Shown: positions 44,346 through 55,094, numbered from the stretch's first letter. The stretch: 64,000 bases of DNA from an uncultured Faecalibacterium sp. (GCA_964599695.1 CAZRGP010000009.1:1019-65018), one strand, 5' to 3'. Notes: generated from the sequence alone by a model not told the origin. Numbers and translations are program-made.

Positions 44346-45038
44346 TCACGCCCCGAGCAACATCTTCAGGATATAGATCAGCAACAGATGTCCGGGATAA
44401 AAGACATAGAATAAATACTTCAGGCCTTTCCCCTTCTTCCCGTTGTACAGGAACAGCGGCAGAAAGCCCAGCAGCCCAAAAGTATAGATCCCCTTGTTCC
44501 GGAGCAGCACATAAAATACCATTCCGCCGAGGAGCCTCACGGGCAGTTTTCTTTCTCTCAGCAGATAAAGAATGATCACGAGCCCTGTTCCCAGCATGTT
44601 GTAGTCCGTTCGAAGCAGGGCGGAAGCCAGGGCAAATGCCCCGAGGGCCACGATCCCGACGGCTATCTTCCCCCTCTCCCCTCCGGCTGTGATCCGTTCA
44701 TAACAGCTGAGCGCAACGATCGCCAGGAAGAAGGTGAACATAATGTTCTGGTGGCCGAACTCCAAGGCTTTGCCCGTTGCCATCAGATCAAACGGTACCT
44801 CGCTGATCAGGGCGAAGATTCCCATCCGGCAGAGATACTTCTTTCTGTCGTGTGTGTAGTGGAATCCTTCCGCTACGAAAAAGGCAAAGATCGGCATTGC
44901 GATCCGTCCGATGATCCGCATCCATGTCTGTTCCGGGAAGAAAATGTCCCCTACATGATCAAAGACCATGCTGACCATCCCAATGATCTTCAGCATAGTC
45001 CCGTCCAATACTCTGTACTTTTCTGTTCTGCCCATCAT
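44346..45038 (-). CDS. TraX-family membrane protein
   Basis: LKIIGMVSMVFDHVG N-terminal motif; polytopic. Confidence 0.6.
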   Translation of the reverse strand: MMGRTEKYRVLDGTMLKIIGMVSMVFDHVGDIFFPEQTWMRIIGRIAMPIFAFFVAEGFHYTHDRKKYLCRMGIFALISEVPFDLMATGKALEFGHQNIMFTFFLAIVALSCYERITAGGERGKIAVGIVALGAFALASALLRTDYNMLGTGLVIILYLLRERKLPVRLLGGMVFYVLLRNKGIYTFGLLGFLPLFLYNGKKGKGLKYLFYVFYPGHLLLIYILKMLLGA

Positions 45039-45051
45039 ATCCGCCTCAGTT

Positions 45052-45930
45052 TCAATAGGTATCCCTGTTCTTTGCCTCTTCGTAGAGGTAACAGTAGTCC
45101 TCGTGTCTCTGGGAGGAGATCAATCCCTTTGCCCTTGCTTCAAGAACTGCGCATCCCTTCTCGGTGCGATGGGAACATCCAGTAAAGAAGCAGTCCTCCA
45201 GATATGGCCGGAACTCTACGAAGTATTTCGCGATGTCCTCCTTCGGCACCTTCTCCACGCGCTCAAAATCCAGCGCAGAAAAGCCTGGAGTGTCTGCTAC
45301 ATAACCGCCCTCCACCTCATACAATTCAACGGCTCTGGTGGTATGTTTTCCCCTTCCGAGCTTTTTGCTGATCTCTGCCGTGCTGAGTGCGAGATCCGGT
45401 TCCAGCTTGTTCAGAAAAGTGGATTTCCCCACACCGGAGTTTCCAGAGAAAACACAAAGATTTCCTTCGATCATAGCCCTTACGTGTGCAAGAGCCGCTT
45501 CCTCGTCTTCCATGATATCGATGACCGTATAACCGACACTGCGGTACAGGTCGATGAATTCCCGCGCTTCCGCAAGATCTGTCTTGGACACCAGGATCAC
45601 CGGAGCGATGCCGCGCTGCTCACAGAGCATGATGAGCCGGTCCGCCACCATGTAGTTGGGTCTCGGGTCGATCGATGATACGACGTAGAAGAATACATCC
45701 ACATTGGCGATGGGAGGACGCTGGAAGAAGTTCTTTCTTTCGCTGATCTCCGAGATGGCATATCCGCCCTCCTCCCCGATCACCGAGACGCGGTCACCGG
45801 CAAGCGGGGTGATCCCCCTCTTGCGGAAGATCCCCTTGGCTTTGCATTCTAAAACCGAATCGGCGGTTTTTACGTAATAAAAGCCGCCGATTCCTTTCAT
45901 GATTATTCCATTGTAGGTCAAATCAGCCAT
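45052..45930 (-). CDS. rsgA: Ribosome small-subunit-dependent GTPase A
   Basis: Circularly permuted GTPase (SKTDL ... GNSGVGKST) and a C-terminal Zn-finger Cys/His cluster. Confidence 0.9.
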   Translation of the reverse strand: MADLTYNGIIMKGIGGFYYVKTADSVLECKAKGIFRKRGITPLAGDRVSVIGEEGGYAISEISERKNFFQRPPIANVDVFFYVVSSIDPRPNYMVADRLIMLCEQRGIAPVILVSKTDLAEAREFIDLYRSVGYTVIDIMEDEEAALAHVRAMIEGNLCVFSGNSGVGKSTFLNKLEPDLALSTAEISKKLGRGKHTTRAVELYEVEGGYVADTPGFSALDFERVEKVPKEDIAKYFVEFRPYLEDCFFTGCSHRTEKGCAVLEARAKGLISSQRHEDYCYLYEEAKNRDTY

Positions 45931-45945
45931 TCATCAATCAACTAT

Positions 45946-48348
45946 TTACGGAGTTTCAGGTTCTGGCGGAGTTTCAGGCTGCAATTTTGGGATTACTATG
46001 GGGCTAGTTATTTCCTGCGAAGCATCACCATATGCACTTGAGAATAACTTATGGCATACAGCACATTCAAAGTATGTTTCGTATCCATCTGCCTCATATG
46101 TAGGCGCAACTCCCTCGTGGACAATGCTCAGATCATGTGATGCAAGTGGCCGTGTAGGTACAGCACTGATTTCGTTCTTTCCTTCTGCATCTGAGAACAT
46201 CTTACCACATGAGCACTGATAGTACTCATCGTTACCAGGTGTAGTGCATGTAGAATTCTTTGCAGCCACTAAAGTAGGGGCATGAACGTGTGCAGCTTCT
46301 TGTTTCTCTATAAAATCCGTAGTGTTGGTTGAAGTGATGCTGATACCGCCCGACTGATAACTGACCGTCATAGTCTTATAAGTCTTGCCATTAACCTTCA
46401 GCTCAACTCCTTCGTCATCCGTACCTGTTTTCTTGAAAGAAACAGACTGATTGCTTGAACCGGTTCCGCTGGCAACAACTTGTCCGTTGATAAGGAACTG
46501 CCAACTAAGATTTGTATTGCCATCCTTTGTTGAATACGGAAGTGTCGTAGCGAACTCTCTCTCCACTTCCCCAATTCCGGAACTGACTGTAAGTGTGACG
46601 TAGGATCCTGTAGCGACCCTCGCTCCGGCTCCGATGCCCTGACCGATAACTGTCCCTGCAGGCTCTGCAGCGGGCACTTCCGTGATGGTGCCGACACGAA
46701 GTCCGTTCGCCATCAATGCGCCTTTCGCGGTGCCGAGAGGCATGCCGACGACGTTCGGGACATACTGGCTGCTGATACGGTTCGGTGTATTGACGTAGAT
46801 GGTGACCTGAGTACCGGATTCTACAGACGCTCCGGGACTGGGCTCTACCTTTGTGATGGTGTTCCCATTGTATTCGCTGGTGTTGTCTGTCTCACGGACA
46901 ACAACGAGCCCAAGAGCTTGCAGTTCCTTCACTGCGTTGCCATAGGTATCGCCGATGATATCCGGAACAGTGACGACCTGTGTCCCCTTGCTGACATACA
47001 GTGTGATCTTCGCGTTGTCTTTTACTTCTTTCGGAGGCGCAGGAGTTTGTGAGAACACAGTACCTGCAGTGTAGTCGGTGTTGTACTCCTCTACCACCTC
47101 AAAAGTAAAACCGGAATAGTCCGCGTTGGACTGAATGCTGCGCAGCTGTTTGCCGACAAAATCAGGAAGGACAACGTCGACATGGTTCGCGAAGAGCTGG
47201 CTTCCGGAGAGGTTCAGTGTCATATAGACAAGGATACCCGCTCCGATAAGGCATGCTGCCGTGATTCCCATCAGGATCGCGATGGGAAGATTGATGGTGC
47301 GGGGCCTCTTTTTCTTCACTTTCGCACTGCTTCTGGACGCGGAACTGATTGCGGCTCCGCGGGTCGGTGTTTTGTCTTTTGCCATTTCAGCTTCTTTCTC
47401 AAGCTCTACCGGAGCCTCCTCCACCACCTCGGTATCCTTCGCATGGTCGAGGTAGACGGTGGGATTCTCCGAAGAGAGATACTTGTATTCAAAACGAATG
47501 CTGGGATTCATTTTGAAGTTTTCGATATCCATGAGCATGGATCCGGCTGAAGGATAGCGCTTGGCTGTATCTTTCTCCATAGCCTTCAGGATGATATCCT
47601 CCAATCCTTCCGGAATGGTGGGGTTGATCTCCCTGGGGCTCTTGGGAGTATCCGAGATCTGCTTGAGCGCAACGGTGACCGCACTCTGAGAATCAAAGGG
47701 CAGTTTTCCGGTGCACATCTCATACATCATGACACCAACACTGTAGATGTCAGACTGGGTATTGGTCTCCTCACCTTTCGCCTGCTCGGGGCTGATATAA
47801 TGCACCGTGCCGATGGCTTTGTCGGTGATAGTGTGCATTCCGCTTCTGGAGAAACGTGCGATACCGAAGTCCATGACCTTGATCTTGCCGCTTCTAAGCA
47901 GCATGACGTTCTGGGGCTTCATATCCCTGTGAATGATCCCTCTGTCATGGGCGTGCTGCAAAGCGCGCAGCAACTGCTCAGAGAAATACACCGTCTCCTT
48001 CCAGGTGAGGGAAGTGTGAGCCTGGATGTACTCCTTGAGCGTAATGCCGTTGAGGTACTCCATAACGATATACTGGACACTGTCGGAGAAATTGACATCA
48101 AGGACCTTCACGATGTTCTCGTGATCCAGCATGCTGATAGCCCTGGATTCATTCTTGAACCGGCGCACCAGCTCCTCGTTGTCGAGCAGCTCCTCCTTCA
48201 GGATCTTGACCGCGACTGTAGAGTTGTCCTTGAGGTCGGTCGCCTTATAAACATAAGCCATACCGCCGACACCGATGAGCTCCTCAACGAGGTATCTCCC
48301 GTCCAGTCTTCGTCCGATATAGTTGTCTTTTTCAGTAGTTTGCTTCAT
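45946..48348 (-). CDS. prkC: Ser/Thr protein kinase with extracellular PASTA repeats (PrkC-like) and an extra Cys-rich C-terminal domain
   Basis: Hanks kinase motifs (VAVK, HRDMKPQN, DFGIA), a TM segment, three PASTA-like repeats, then ~230 aa of extra sequence ending in a Cys-rich AT-rich segment. Confidence 0.9.
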   Translation of the reverse strand: MKQTTEKDNYIGRRLDGRYLVEELIGVGGMAYVYKATDLKDNSTVAVKILKEELLDNEELVRRFKNESRAISMLDHENIVKVLDVNFSDSVQYIVMEYLNGITLKEYIQAHTSLTWKETVYFSEQLLRALQHAHDRGIIHRDMKPQNVMLLRSGKIKVMDFGIARFSRSGMHTITDKAIGTVHYISPEQAKGEETNTQSDIYSVGVMMYEMCTGKLPFDSQSAVTVALKQISDTPKSPREINPTIPEGLEDIILKAMEKDTAKRYPSAGSMLMDIENFKMNPSIRFEYKYLSSENPTVYLDHAKDTEVVEEAPVELEKEAEMAKDKTPTRGAAISSASRSSAKVKKKRPRTINLPIAILMGITAACLIGAGILVYMTLNLSGSQLFANHVDVVLPDFVGKQLRSIQSNADYSGFTFEVVEEYNTDYTAGTVFSQTPAPPKEVKDNAKITLYVSKGTQVVTVPDIIGDTYGNAVKELQALGLVVVRETDNTSEYNGNTITKVEPSPGASVESGTQVTIYVNTPNRISSQYVPNVVGMPLGTAKGALMANGLRVGTITEVPAAEPAGTVIGQGIGAGARVATGSYVTLTVSSGIGEVEREFATTLPYSTKDGNTNLSWQFLINGQVVASGTGSSNQSVSFKKTGTDDEGVELKVNGKTYKTMTVSYQSGGISITSTNTTDFIEKQEAAHVHAPTLVAAKNSTCTTPGNDEYYQCSCGKMFSDAEGKNEISAVPTRPLASHDLSIVHEGVAPTYEADGYETYFECAVCHKLFSSAYGDASQEITSPIVIPKLQPETPPEPETP

Positions 48349-48356
48349 CCTATCTC

Positions 48357-49085
48357 CTAAACCTGCATCATTACTGTAGTTATATTATCAAATCCGCCTG
48401 CATCAAGCCCTGCTTCCACAAGCAGTCTCGGCACAGAGTAAAAATCGTTGTAGCGGAATATAGAAAGCATCGTATCCTGAGGAACCACATTGGAGAGTCC
48501 ATCGCTGCAGAGCATCAGGATGTCGTTCTTGGCCAGCCTCAGTTGAATCAGGTCAAATACTACCTTCGGCTCGATGCCGAGCGCCCTGGTGATGATATTC
48601 TTCTGCGGATGCCGGGTCGCTTCCTCCTCGGTGATCTTCCCCATATCCAGCAGTTCCTGCACGTAGGAATGATCCTTCGTAAGCTGCTTCAGGCTCTTTC
48701 TCTGGTAGTGATACACCCTGCTGTCCCCGCAGTGGAGTATCGTGGCATCCTGCCCGTCCACCAGCGCAAGGATCATGGTCGTCCCCATCATCTGGTTCCC
48801 GCCGATCCGCACAGAGGCGTCAAAAACGGCACGATTCGCAGCCTGGCACACCCTGCTCAGATAATGGGCTTTATCCTCGGGAGAAACGAGCCCGACCAGC
48901 TCGTCGTTCATGCCGGAGGTGATTATATCCACGGCGATATGGCTCGCCATCTTTCCGTGAGACAGTCCGCCCATTCCGTCGCACAGCAACACCCATCCAA
49001 GGCTGTCGTTGATCTTTCCGGCACGGAAGCAGTCCTGGTTTTCCTGGTATTTATATCCGATATCCGTGTAACCGGCTAACGTCAT
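48357..49085 (-). CDS. stp: PP2C-family Ser/Thr phosphatase
   Basis: NQDCF...LCDGMGG...LCSDGLSN motifs. Confidence 0.9.
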   Translation of the reverse strand: MTLAGYTDIGYKYQENQDCFRAGKINDSLGWVLLCDGMGGLSHGKMASHIAVDIITSGMNDELVGLVSPEDKAHYLSRVCQAANRAVFDASVRIGGNQMMGTTMILALVDGQDATILHCGDSRVYHYQRKSLKQLTKDHSYVQELLDMGKITEEEATRHPQKNIITRALGIEPKVVFDLIQLRLAKNDILMLCSDGLSNVVPQDTMLSIFRYNDFYSVPRLLVEAGLDAGGFDNITTVMMQV

Positions 49086-49098
49086 GCGTTTCCCTCAC

Positions 49099-50133
49099 TC
49101 AGAGATTCTGAGTCTCTCTTCTTAATTGCCCGCAAGCAGCGGAGATATCATCTCCCAGCGTCCTGCGGACGGTTGCGTTGACACCCTTTGCGTTCAGTTT
49201 GGAAGCAAAGGTCTCCGCATCCTTTCTTGTCGCTGCGAAATTGCCTCTTCCGGCGGAATTCACCGGGATCACGTTGACATGACTCTGCATCATGCCGCAG
49301 ATACGCACCAGTTCATTCACGTCCTCATCGAGATCATTGGTCCCATGAATCACAGTATACTCGAAAGTGATCCGTCTTCCCGTTTTGTTCACATAATATT
49401 TACAGGCTTCCAGCACCTCGGGAAGCGGATACCTGAGATTCACGGGCATGATCTTGCTTCTCTTGGGAGAAAAAGCGGAGTGCAGGGAGAGAGACAGCGT
49501 AAGCTGCTTCTTCATATCCGCCAGTTCATAGATCTTCGGCGCGATGCCGCAGGTGGAGACGGTAACCGAACGGTTCTTCATCCCGTAACCGTTCTCGTCC
49601 GTGATCATGTCATAGAAACGTACCACTGCGTCCAGGTTGTCCAACGGTTCTCCGATGCCCATAAGGACCACACTGTCGATCTTTTTTCCCTTCTGGCGCT
49701 CGCTCTCATATACCTCCATCAGCATCTCCGACGCTGTGAGGCTTCGCACGAGGCCATTCACCGTGGAAGCGCAGAACGCACAACCCATCCGGCATCCCAC
49801 CTGGGTGGAGATGCACAGCGATGTGCCGTGCTCATACTCCATGGCCACAGTCTCCACCGCATTGCCGTCCGGAAAACCGAGGAGATACTTCTCGGTCCCA
49901 TCCCGGGACACCTGTTTTCTCAGCACTGACGGCCGGACAAAAACGGCGTTTTCCCTGAGCCACGCCCTGGTCTTTTCGGGAAGATTGGTCATCTCATCAA
50001 AGGAGGTAACCCTCTTCTGATGGATCCAGGAAAAAAGTTGATTTGCACGATAAGCAGGCTCCCCAATCTCTTGGAACAGAGCCTTCAACTCTTCTCTTGT
50101 ATAAGACACTATGTCAATCGTACTTTTTATCAT
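49099..50133 (-). CDS. rlmN: 23S rRNA/tRNA (adenine-C2)-methyltransferase, radical SAM
   Basis: QVGCRMGCAFCAS CxxxCxxC motif, 344 aa. Confidence 0.9.
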   Translation of the reverse strand: MIKSTIDIVSYTREELKALFQEIGEPAYRANQLFSWIHQKRVTSFDEMTNLPEKTRAWLRENAVFVRPSVLRKQVSRDGTEKYLLGFPDGNAVETVAMEYEHGTSLCISTQVGCRMGCAFCASTVNGLVRSLTASEMLMEVYESERQKGKKIDSVVLMGIGEPLDNLDAVVRFYDMITDENGYGMKNRSVTVSTCGIAPKIYELADMKKQLTLSLSLHSAFSPKRSKIMPVNLRYPLPEVLEACKYYVNKTGRRITFEYTVIHGTNDLDEDVNELVRICGMMQSHVNVIPVNSAGRGNFAATRKDAETFASKLNAKGVNATVRRTLGDDISAACGQLRRETQNL

Positions 50134-50134
50134 A

Positions 50135-51430
50135 TCATATTTTTCTCATACACGCCACATAGAAGCCTTCCGGGAGAAACTGTCCGGGAATGAACTTTCG
50201 TTCTGATCCGAAATCTATCCCGTCCGGCAGATCCACCGAATGTACCGGACACCTCTCGAACTCCGGATGATTCTTAAGGAACGCGCAGACGACCTCCTCG
50301 TTCTCCTCTTTCAGAAGCGTACAGGTGCTGTACACCAGCTTTCCCCCTTCTGTCAGAAGGGAAGCTCCGTTTTCCAGAAGTCCGTACTGCAGTTCAGGAA
50401 GAGTGCCGTCCTTACGGTACTCCTTCGCTCTCATCTCCGGCTTGGAAGCAAGTTCACCGTAACCGGAACAGGGAACATCACAGAGGACACGGTCGTATCC
50501 TTCCGCTGTGTGAAACTCGGTGCCGTCGCAGCAGACCACATCAACATTGGGAGCATTCAGCCTTCCGGCAAGGTCTCTCACCAGATTTGCCCGGTGTTCA
50601 TACAGTTCCACCGCCGTGACCGCGCCATCCCTTCCTGCCGCCATGGCGAGACACATGGTCTTTCCTCCTGGGGCACTGCACAGATCCAGCACTTTCTGCC
50701 CCGGACGGACGTCCAGCGCCGCTGCTGTCCACTGTGCGGGATACCCCTCCACATAGATCTCTCCATTCTCTATATGGGAACGGATGTCCCGTATGCTTCC
50801 TTTTACTTTGAGACAGTTTCTGATATCTGTCCCGGAAAATACATCCGGCGCGCTTTGGATCAGCTGATCGGCGTCCGTGCGGAAGGTATTTACCCGCACG
50901 AAGATATCCTCCGCCATCAGGGTCGCTTTCAGGATCTCCTCCGCCTTTTCCCCGTAATCCTCCAGAAGTTTTGCCGCGAGAGTGAGATGTACGGAATATA
51001 AACGGGACAGTCTGTGTGCCCCTTCTCCGCCGCTGAGGACCGCATCCCGATCCACATCTGACACGCGCCGCAGGACAGCATTCACCATTCCGGAGGCGGA
51101 TCTCTTCTTAAACGTTCGGCACAACTCGACGCTCTCACTGATCGCCGCACGCACCGGTACTTTGTCCATCCAGAAGATCTGATACACGCCGGTGCGAAGG
51201 ATGTTCCGGATCTCCGGATCCAGTCCCGCCGTTCCCTTCCTGAGAAAGGGATCCAGCAGCGCATCGATGGAGATCTGCCGGGACAGCGTCCCAAGAAACA
51301 AAGCAGTGTAAAAACTCCGGTCCCTGTCGGTCCACTCGCCTTCCGAAAGGACCTTCTTCTGGACCAGATTGGAGTACGCTCCTTCCTCACACCTCATGAG
51401 AGACTGCACTGTCAGTTTCCGAACATTCAT
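50135..51430 (-). CDS. rsmB: 16S rRNA (cytosine967-C5)-methyltransferase
   Basis: NusB-like N-terminus, DLCSAPGGKT, DVPCSG and TCT motifs. Confidence 0.85.
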   Translation of the reverse strand: MNVRKLTVQSLMRCEEGAYSNLVQKKVLSEGEWTDRDRSFYTALFLGTLSRQISIDALLDPFLRKGTAGLDPEIRNILRTGVYQIFWMDKVPVRAAISESVELCRTFKKRSASGMVNAVLRRVSDVDRDAVLSGGEGAHRLSRLYSVHLTLAAKLLEDYGEKAEEILKATLMAEDIFVRVNTFRTDADQLIQSAPDVFSGTDIRNCLKVKGSIRDIRSHIENGEIYVEGYPAQWTAAALDVRPGQKVLDLCSAPGGKTMCLAMAAGRDGAVTAVELYEHRANLVRDLAGRLNAPNVDVVCCDGTEFHTAEGYDRVLCDVPCSGYGELASKPEMRAKEYRKDGTLPELQYGLLENGASLLTEGGKLVYSTCTLLKEENEEVVCAFLKNHPEFERCPVHSVDLPDGIDFGSERKFIPGQFLPEGFYVACMRKI

Positions 51431-52350
51431 CCGAGCCTGTAGAGATTCTCTCCTGTCTTCTTGCGCCTACCGTTGATCCATGCCGTCCCGTCCATGGGCT
51501 TTCCGCCCTCCGGGATCACCTTGCGCAGGACCACTGCTCCGTCCTTCGCAGCAATGGTGAGAGGTTTCACCGAGAGGATCTCTCCCGGCTCACCGGTCAT
51601 CTCGCTGAAGGACGCGTCGGCGACCTTGATCTTTTTATCTTCGTACATGAAGTATGCCACCGGCCAGGTCGACACACCGTGGATCAGATGAACGATCCCG
51701 CGGGCATCGCTCTCAAAGCAGAACAATCCTTCCTCCTTCTCGATGGGAGGAGCATAGGTGGCAAGTTCATGATCCTGAGGAGTCCCGGCAAGCGTGCCAT
51801 TCTCGATCTCCGGCAGCACCTCCAGGATAAAGCGGCTCCCTGTTTCGCCCATTTTGCGGAACATGGAGTCCTCGTTATCCTCGGGTTCGATGGGGATCTC
51901 CCTCTGAACCAGGATATCTCCGGTATCCATTCCTGCGTCCATGCGCATGATCGTGATCCCCGTCACTTCCTCACCAGCGATGATCGCCCGCTGTATAGGA
52001 GCGGATCCCCTGTATTTCGGAAGGAGCGACGCGTGAATGTTGATACATCCGAGTCTCGGGATATCCAGGACCTCCTGGGGCAGGATCTTCCCGTACGCGA
52101 TGACAAGGATCAGGTCCGGATCCAGTTCGCGCAGCGTCACCGCGGCCTTTCCGTTCTTGAAGCCTTTCGGCTGAAAGACCGGTATCCCCTTTTCCAGGGC
52201 GAACTCCTTCACGGGAGGGGGCGTGATAATGTGCTTGCGTCCCACCGGCTTGTCCGGCTGGCAGAACACGCCCACGACCTCATGCTCTTCACAGACTGCC
52301 TTCAGCACATCCCTCGCGATCTCGGGCGTGCCCATAAAGACGATCCTCAT
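51427..52350 (-). CDS. fmt: Methionyl-tRNA formyltransferase
   Basis: MRIVFMGTPE and HASLLPKYRGSAPIQ motifs. Confidence 0.95.
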   Translation of the reverse strand: MRIVFMGTPEIARDVLKAVCEEHEVVGVFCQPDKPVGRKHIITPPPVKEFALEKGIPVFQPKGFKNGKAAVTLRELDPDLILVIAYGKILPQEVLDIPRLGCINIHASLLPKYRGSAPIQRAIIAGEEVTGITIMRMDAGMDTGDILVQREIPIEPEDNEDSMFRKMGETGSRFILEVLPEIENGTLAGTPQDHELATYAPPIEKEEGLFCFESDARGIVHLIHGVSTWPVAYFMYEDKKIKVADASFSEMTGEPGEILSVKPLTIAAKDGAVVLRKVIPEGGKPMDGTAWINGRRKKTGENLYRLG

Positions 52351-52841
52351 TCTTCCTCGTCCTCTAAGATCTCTTCCAGTTGTTCATCGCTGATGAGCTC
52401 GTCCACCAGATCGATGAAAAGTGTCCCGTCCAGGTGATCCACTTCGTGGCAGACCGCACGGGCAGCCATATCGTCCAGTTCCATGGTGAAAGGAACGCCG
52501 AACCGGTCGAACGCCTTCACCTTGACATGTGTGGATCTCTCCAGCCATCCCCTCTCTCCGGGGACCGAGAGACAGCCTTCATATGCGCCGACCTTCTCCT
52601 CCGACTGCTCGATCACTTCGGGATTGAGCAACTCGATCATCTCGCCGTCGTTGTTGACGATGATGATCGCCCTGCGGAGCACGCCCACCTGAGGCGCTGC
52701 CAGGCCGAGGCCGTTTGCGTCGATAAGGGTCTCTTTCATATCATCGAGCAGAGTCCAGGTCCGTGCGCCGAAATCGGTGACCGGCCTGCTGTGCTTGCGC
52801 AGCGTGGGTTCTCCCTCGACCAGTATTCTTCTAAGTGCCAT
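52347..52841 (-). CDS. def: Peptide deformylase
   Basis: GLAAPQVG, EGCLS and HEVDH motifs. Confidence 0.95.
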   Translation of the reverse strand: MALRRILVEGEPTLRKHSRPVTDFGARTWTLLDDMKETLIDANGLGLAAPQVGVLRRAIIIVNNDGEMIELLNPEVIEQSEEKVGAYEGCLSVPGERGWLERSTHVKVKAFDRFGVPFTMELDDMAARAVCHEVDHLDGTLFIDLVDELISDEQLEEILEDEEE

Positions 52842-52859
52842 TGTATTGTCCTTTCTTTA

Positions 52860-55094
52860 TCAACCGTCCAGGTCGTTGAAATCGATATAGATCCTCGTGT
52901 TTCCCACACCCGGTCTCTTTCGGACCTCCACGAGGCATTTTCCGAGCAGTTCCCTGAATTTTGCGTCCCCCCTGCTCTTGAGGATCAGACGCCATCTGTA
53001 CTGTTTTCCCACGATGGGGACCCGCATCGGTGCGGGTCCGATGACGCGGACCGGAACATTCTTCTCCTGTGAGAAGGTCTCCCGGATCTGTTCCACGAAC
53101 CGGTTCGCTGCCGTCTTCCCCTGATCGGAGCTCTCGGCGGAGAAACAGACCGCGCAGATGTGGCAATAGGGCGGATACAGGTGGGCTTTGCGCAGCCGTA
53201 TCTCGCTGTTGTAGAAACTGCGATAGTCCTGTCTTGAAGCGATCCGGATGATGGGGTTGTCCGGGTCGATGGTCTGGATGACCGCTTCCCCTGCTTTTGT
53301 ACCCCTTCCGGATCTTCCGATGACCTGCGTCAGCATGTCAAAGGTGCGTTCGTACGCCCGGAAACTCGGCATGAGGAGCATGGAATCCACGCTCAGCACC
53401 CCTACGAGGGTGACGTTCTCAAAATCCAGTCCCTTCGCGATCATCTGTGTTCCGATGATCATGTCGTACTTTTTCTCCTGGAAATCCCTCAGACTTCTGG
53501 TCAGGGAATTCTTTCCCGACATGGAATCCAGGTCCACCCGCAGCACCCTGGCGTCCGGGAAGAGTTCTTCCAGTTCCTCTTCGATCTTCTGGGTCCCGAT
53601 CCCGGTGTGTCTGAGCTCCCCGCCGCATTTCGGACAGGTGAGGTACTGGGGAACGATCTTCCCGCAGTAGTGGCACCGGTGGGTGCAATCTGTCTTGTGC
53701 CAAACCATGGGCATTGAGCAGCTGTCGCACATGATCACTTCCTTGCATTCCTTGCAGATGGTGACGGTGCGGTATCCCCTGCGGTTCAGCAGGAGGATGA
53801 CCTGTTCCTTGCGGTCCAGCCTCTCCCGTATCTTTTCATACAGTTCCACTCCGATCGTGTGGGTGTTTCCCTGCATGAGTTCATTTCTCATATCCACCAC
53901 GCGGACGTCGGGCAGCGGCATGTTGCCGAACCGCTCGCCGAGCTCCACGTAATTGATCTTGTTCTCCTGCGCCAGGTAGTAGGATTCCACCGACGGCGTT
54001 GCGGAAGACAGCAACAGGTGCGCTCCGTGCCTCTTTGCACGGTAGGCAGCTACGGCTGGCGCCCGGAATCTCGGCGACTGGTCCGCGAGATAGGTCTGCT
54101 CCTGCTCCTCGTCGATGATGATGAGGCCGATCTCCGGGATCGGCGCGAAAACAGCGGATCTGGTTCCCACCACAAGGGGATATTCCCCGTCCAGGATCCT
54201 CTTCCACTGAAGGGTCCTCTCGGTGTCCGAAAGGGCACTGTGGATGATCCCCACCTTGCCGGGAAACATGGTCTGCAGTCTCCCGATCATCTGGGTGGCA
54301 AGCGCGATCTCCGGCACCAGAAGCATGGCTCCCTTTCCGGCTTCCAGCGTCTCCCGTATGAGTCCGACATACAGCATGGTCTTGCCGCTGGATGTCACTC
54401 CGTACAGCAGCGTGGTGTCCGGACGATCCGGATCCGACATATATCCCCGTATCCGGTCATAGGCCTCCTGCTGCGCAGGAGACAGCTCAAACCGGTCCAG
54501 ATATCCGGGCGAGGAGAAATCCAGCTCGTCGGTGCGCCATCTGCGCTCCTGCTCGATCCATCCCCTGTCCAACAGACGGTTCACAACGTCCCTGGAAATG
54601 CCCAGTTCCTCATGGATCTCGCTGTAGGTATGCGGTTCGCTCAGATAACCGAGAAGGGCGTTCTGCTTTGCCGTTGCCCCGGGGTGCTCCGTGTCCGGAA
54701 CCGTCCGGTAGGCGTTCTCTGTGTGTCCTTCGTTCTTGATCTCCAGTTCACCGTCTTCCCCGTCCGGAACAAGACGGATATTCTTGGGAAGGACCGCTTT
54801 CACGGCATCGTAATAGGTGCAGAAGGTGGTGTTTCTCAGGTACTTGATGAGATCCACCATCTCCTCATTGACGACAGGCTCTGTCTGCTCTATGCGCAGG
54901 ATCTGTTTATAATCCGTTGAACCTTCGCACAGGCCGAGCACGATCCCCATGCGGGAGCCGCTCTTTCCGAAAGGCACAAGGACCCTGGCGCCGACTTTGG
55001 CGTAGGGCTCATATCCCGCGGGAACATTGTAACTGTAAAGCTTATCAAACTGAAAGGCGGCGTTGTCCACCGCGACTTCAACTCCGGTAAACAC
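52860..55094 (-). CDS. priA: Primosomal replication protein N' (PriA helicase)
   Basis: GVTSSGKT Walker A, IIIDEEQE, and Cys-rich Zn region CKECK...CDSC...CHYCG...CPKCG. Confidence 0.9.
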   Translation of the reverse strand: MFTGVEVAVDNAAFQFDKLYSYNVPAGYEPYAKVGARVLVPFGKSGSRMGIVLGLCEGSTDYKQILRIEQTEPVVNEEMVDLIKYLRNTTFCTYYDAVKAVLPKNIRLVPDGEDGELEIKNEGHTENAYRTVPDTEHPGATAKQNALLGYLSEPHTYSEIHEELGISRDVVNRLLDRGWIEQERRWRTDELDFSSPGYLDRFELSPAQQEAYDRIRGYMSDPDRPDTTLLYGVTSSGKTMLYVGLIRETLEAGKGAMLLVPEIALATQMIGRLQTMFPGKVGIIHSALSDTERTLQWKRILDGEYPLVVGTRSAVFAPIPEIGLIIIDEEQEQTYLADQSPRFRAPAVAAYRAKRHGAHLLLSSATPSVESYYLAQENKINYVELGERFGNMPLPDVRVVDMRNELMQGNTHTIGVELYEKIRERLDRKEQVILLLNRRGYRTVTICKECKEVIMCDSCSMPMVWHKTDCTHRCHYCGKIVPQYLTCPKCGGELRHTGIGTQKIEEELEELFPDARVLRVDLDSMSGKNSLTRSLRDFQEKKYDMIIGTQMIAKGLDFENVTLVGVLSVDSMLLMPSFRAYERTFDMLTQVIGRSGRGTKAGEAVIQTIDPDNPIIRIASRQDYRSFYNSEIRLRKAHLYPPYCHICAVCFSAESSDQGKTAANRFVEQIRETFSQEKNVPVRVIGPAPMRVPIVGKQYRWRLILKSRGDAKFRELLGKCLVEVRKRPGVGNTRIYIDFNDLDG

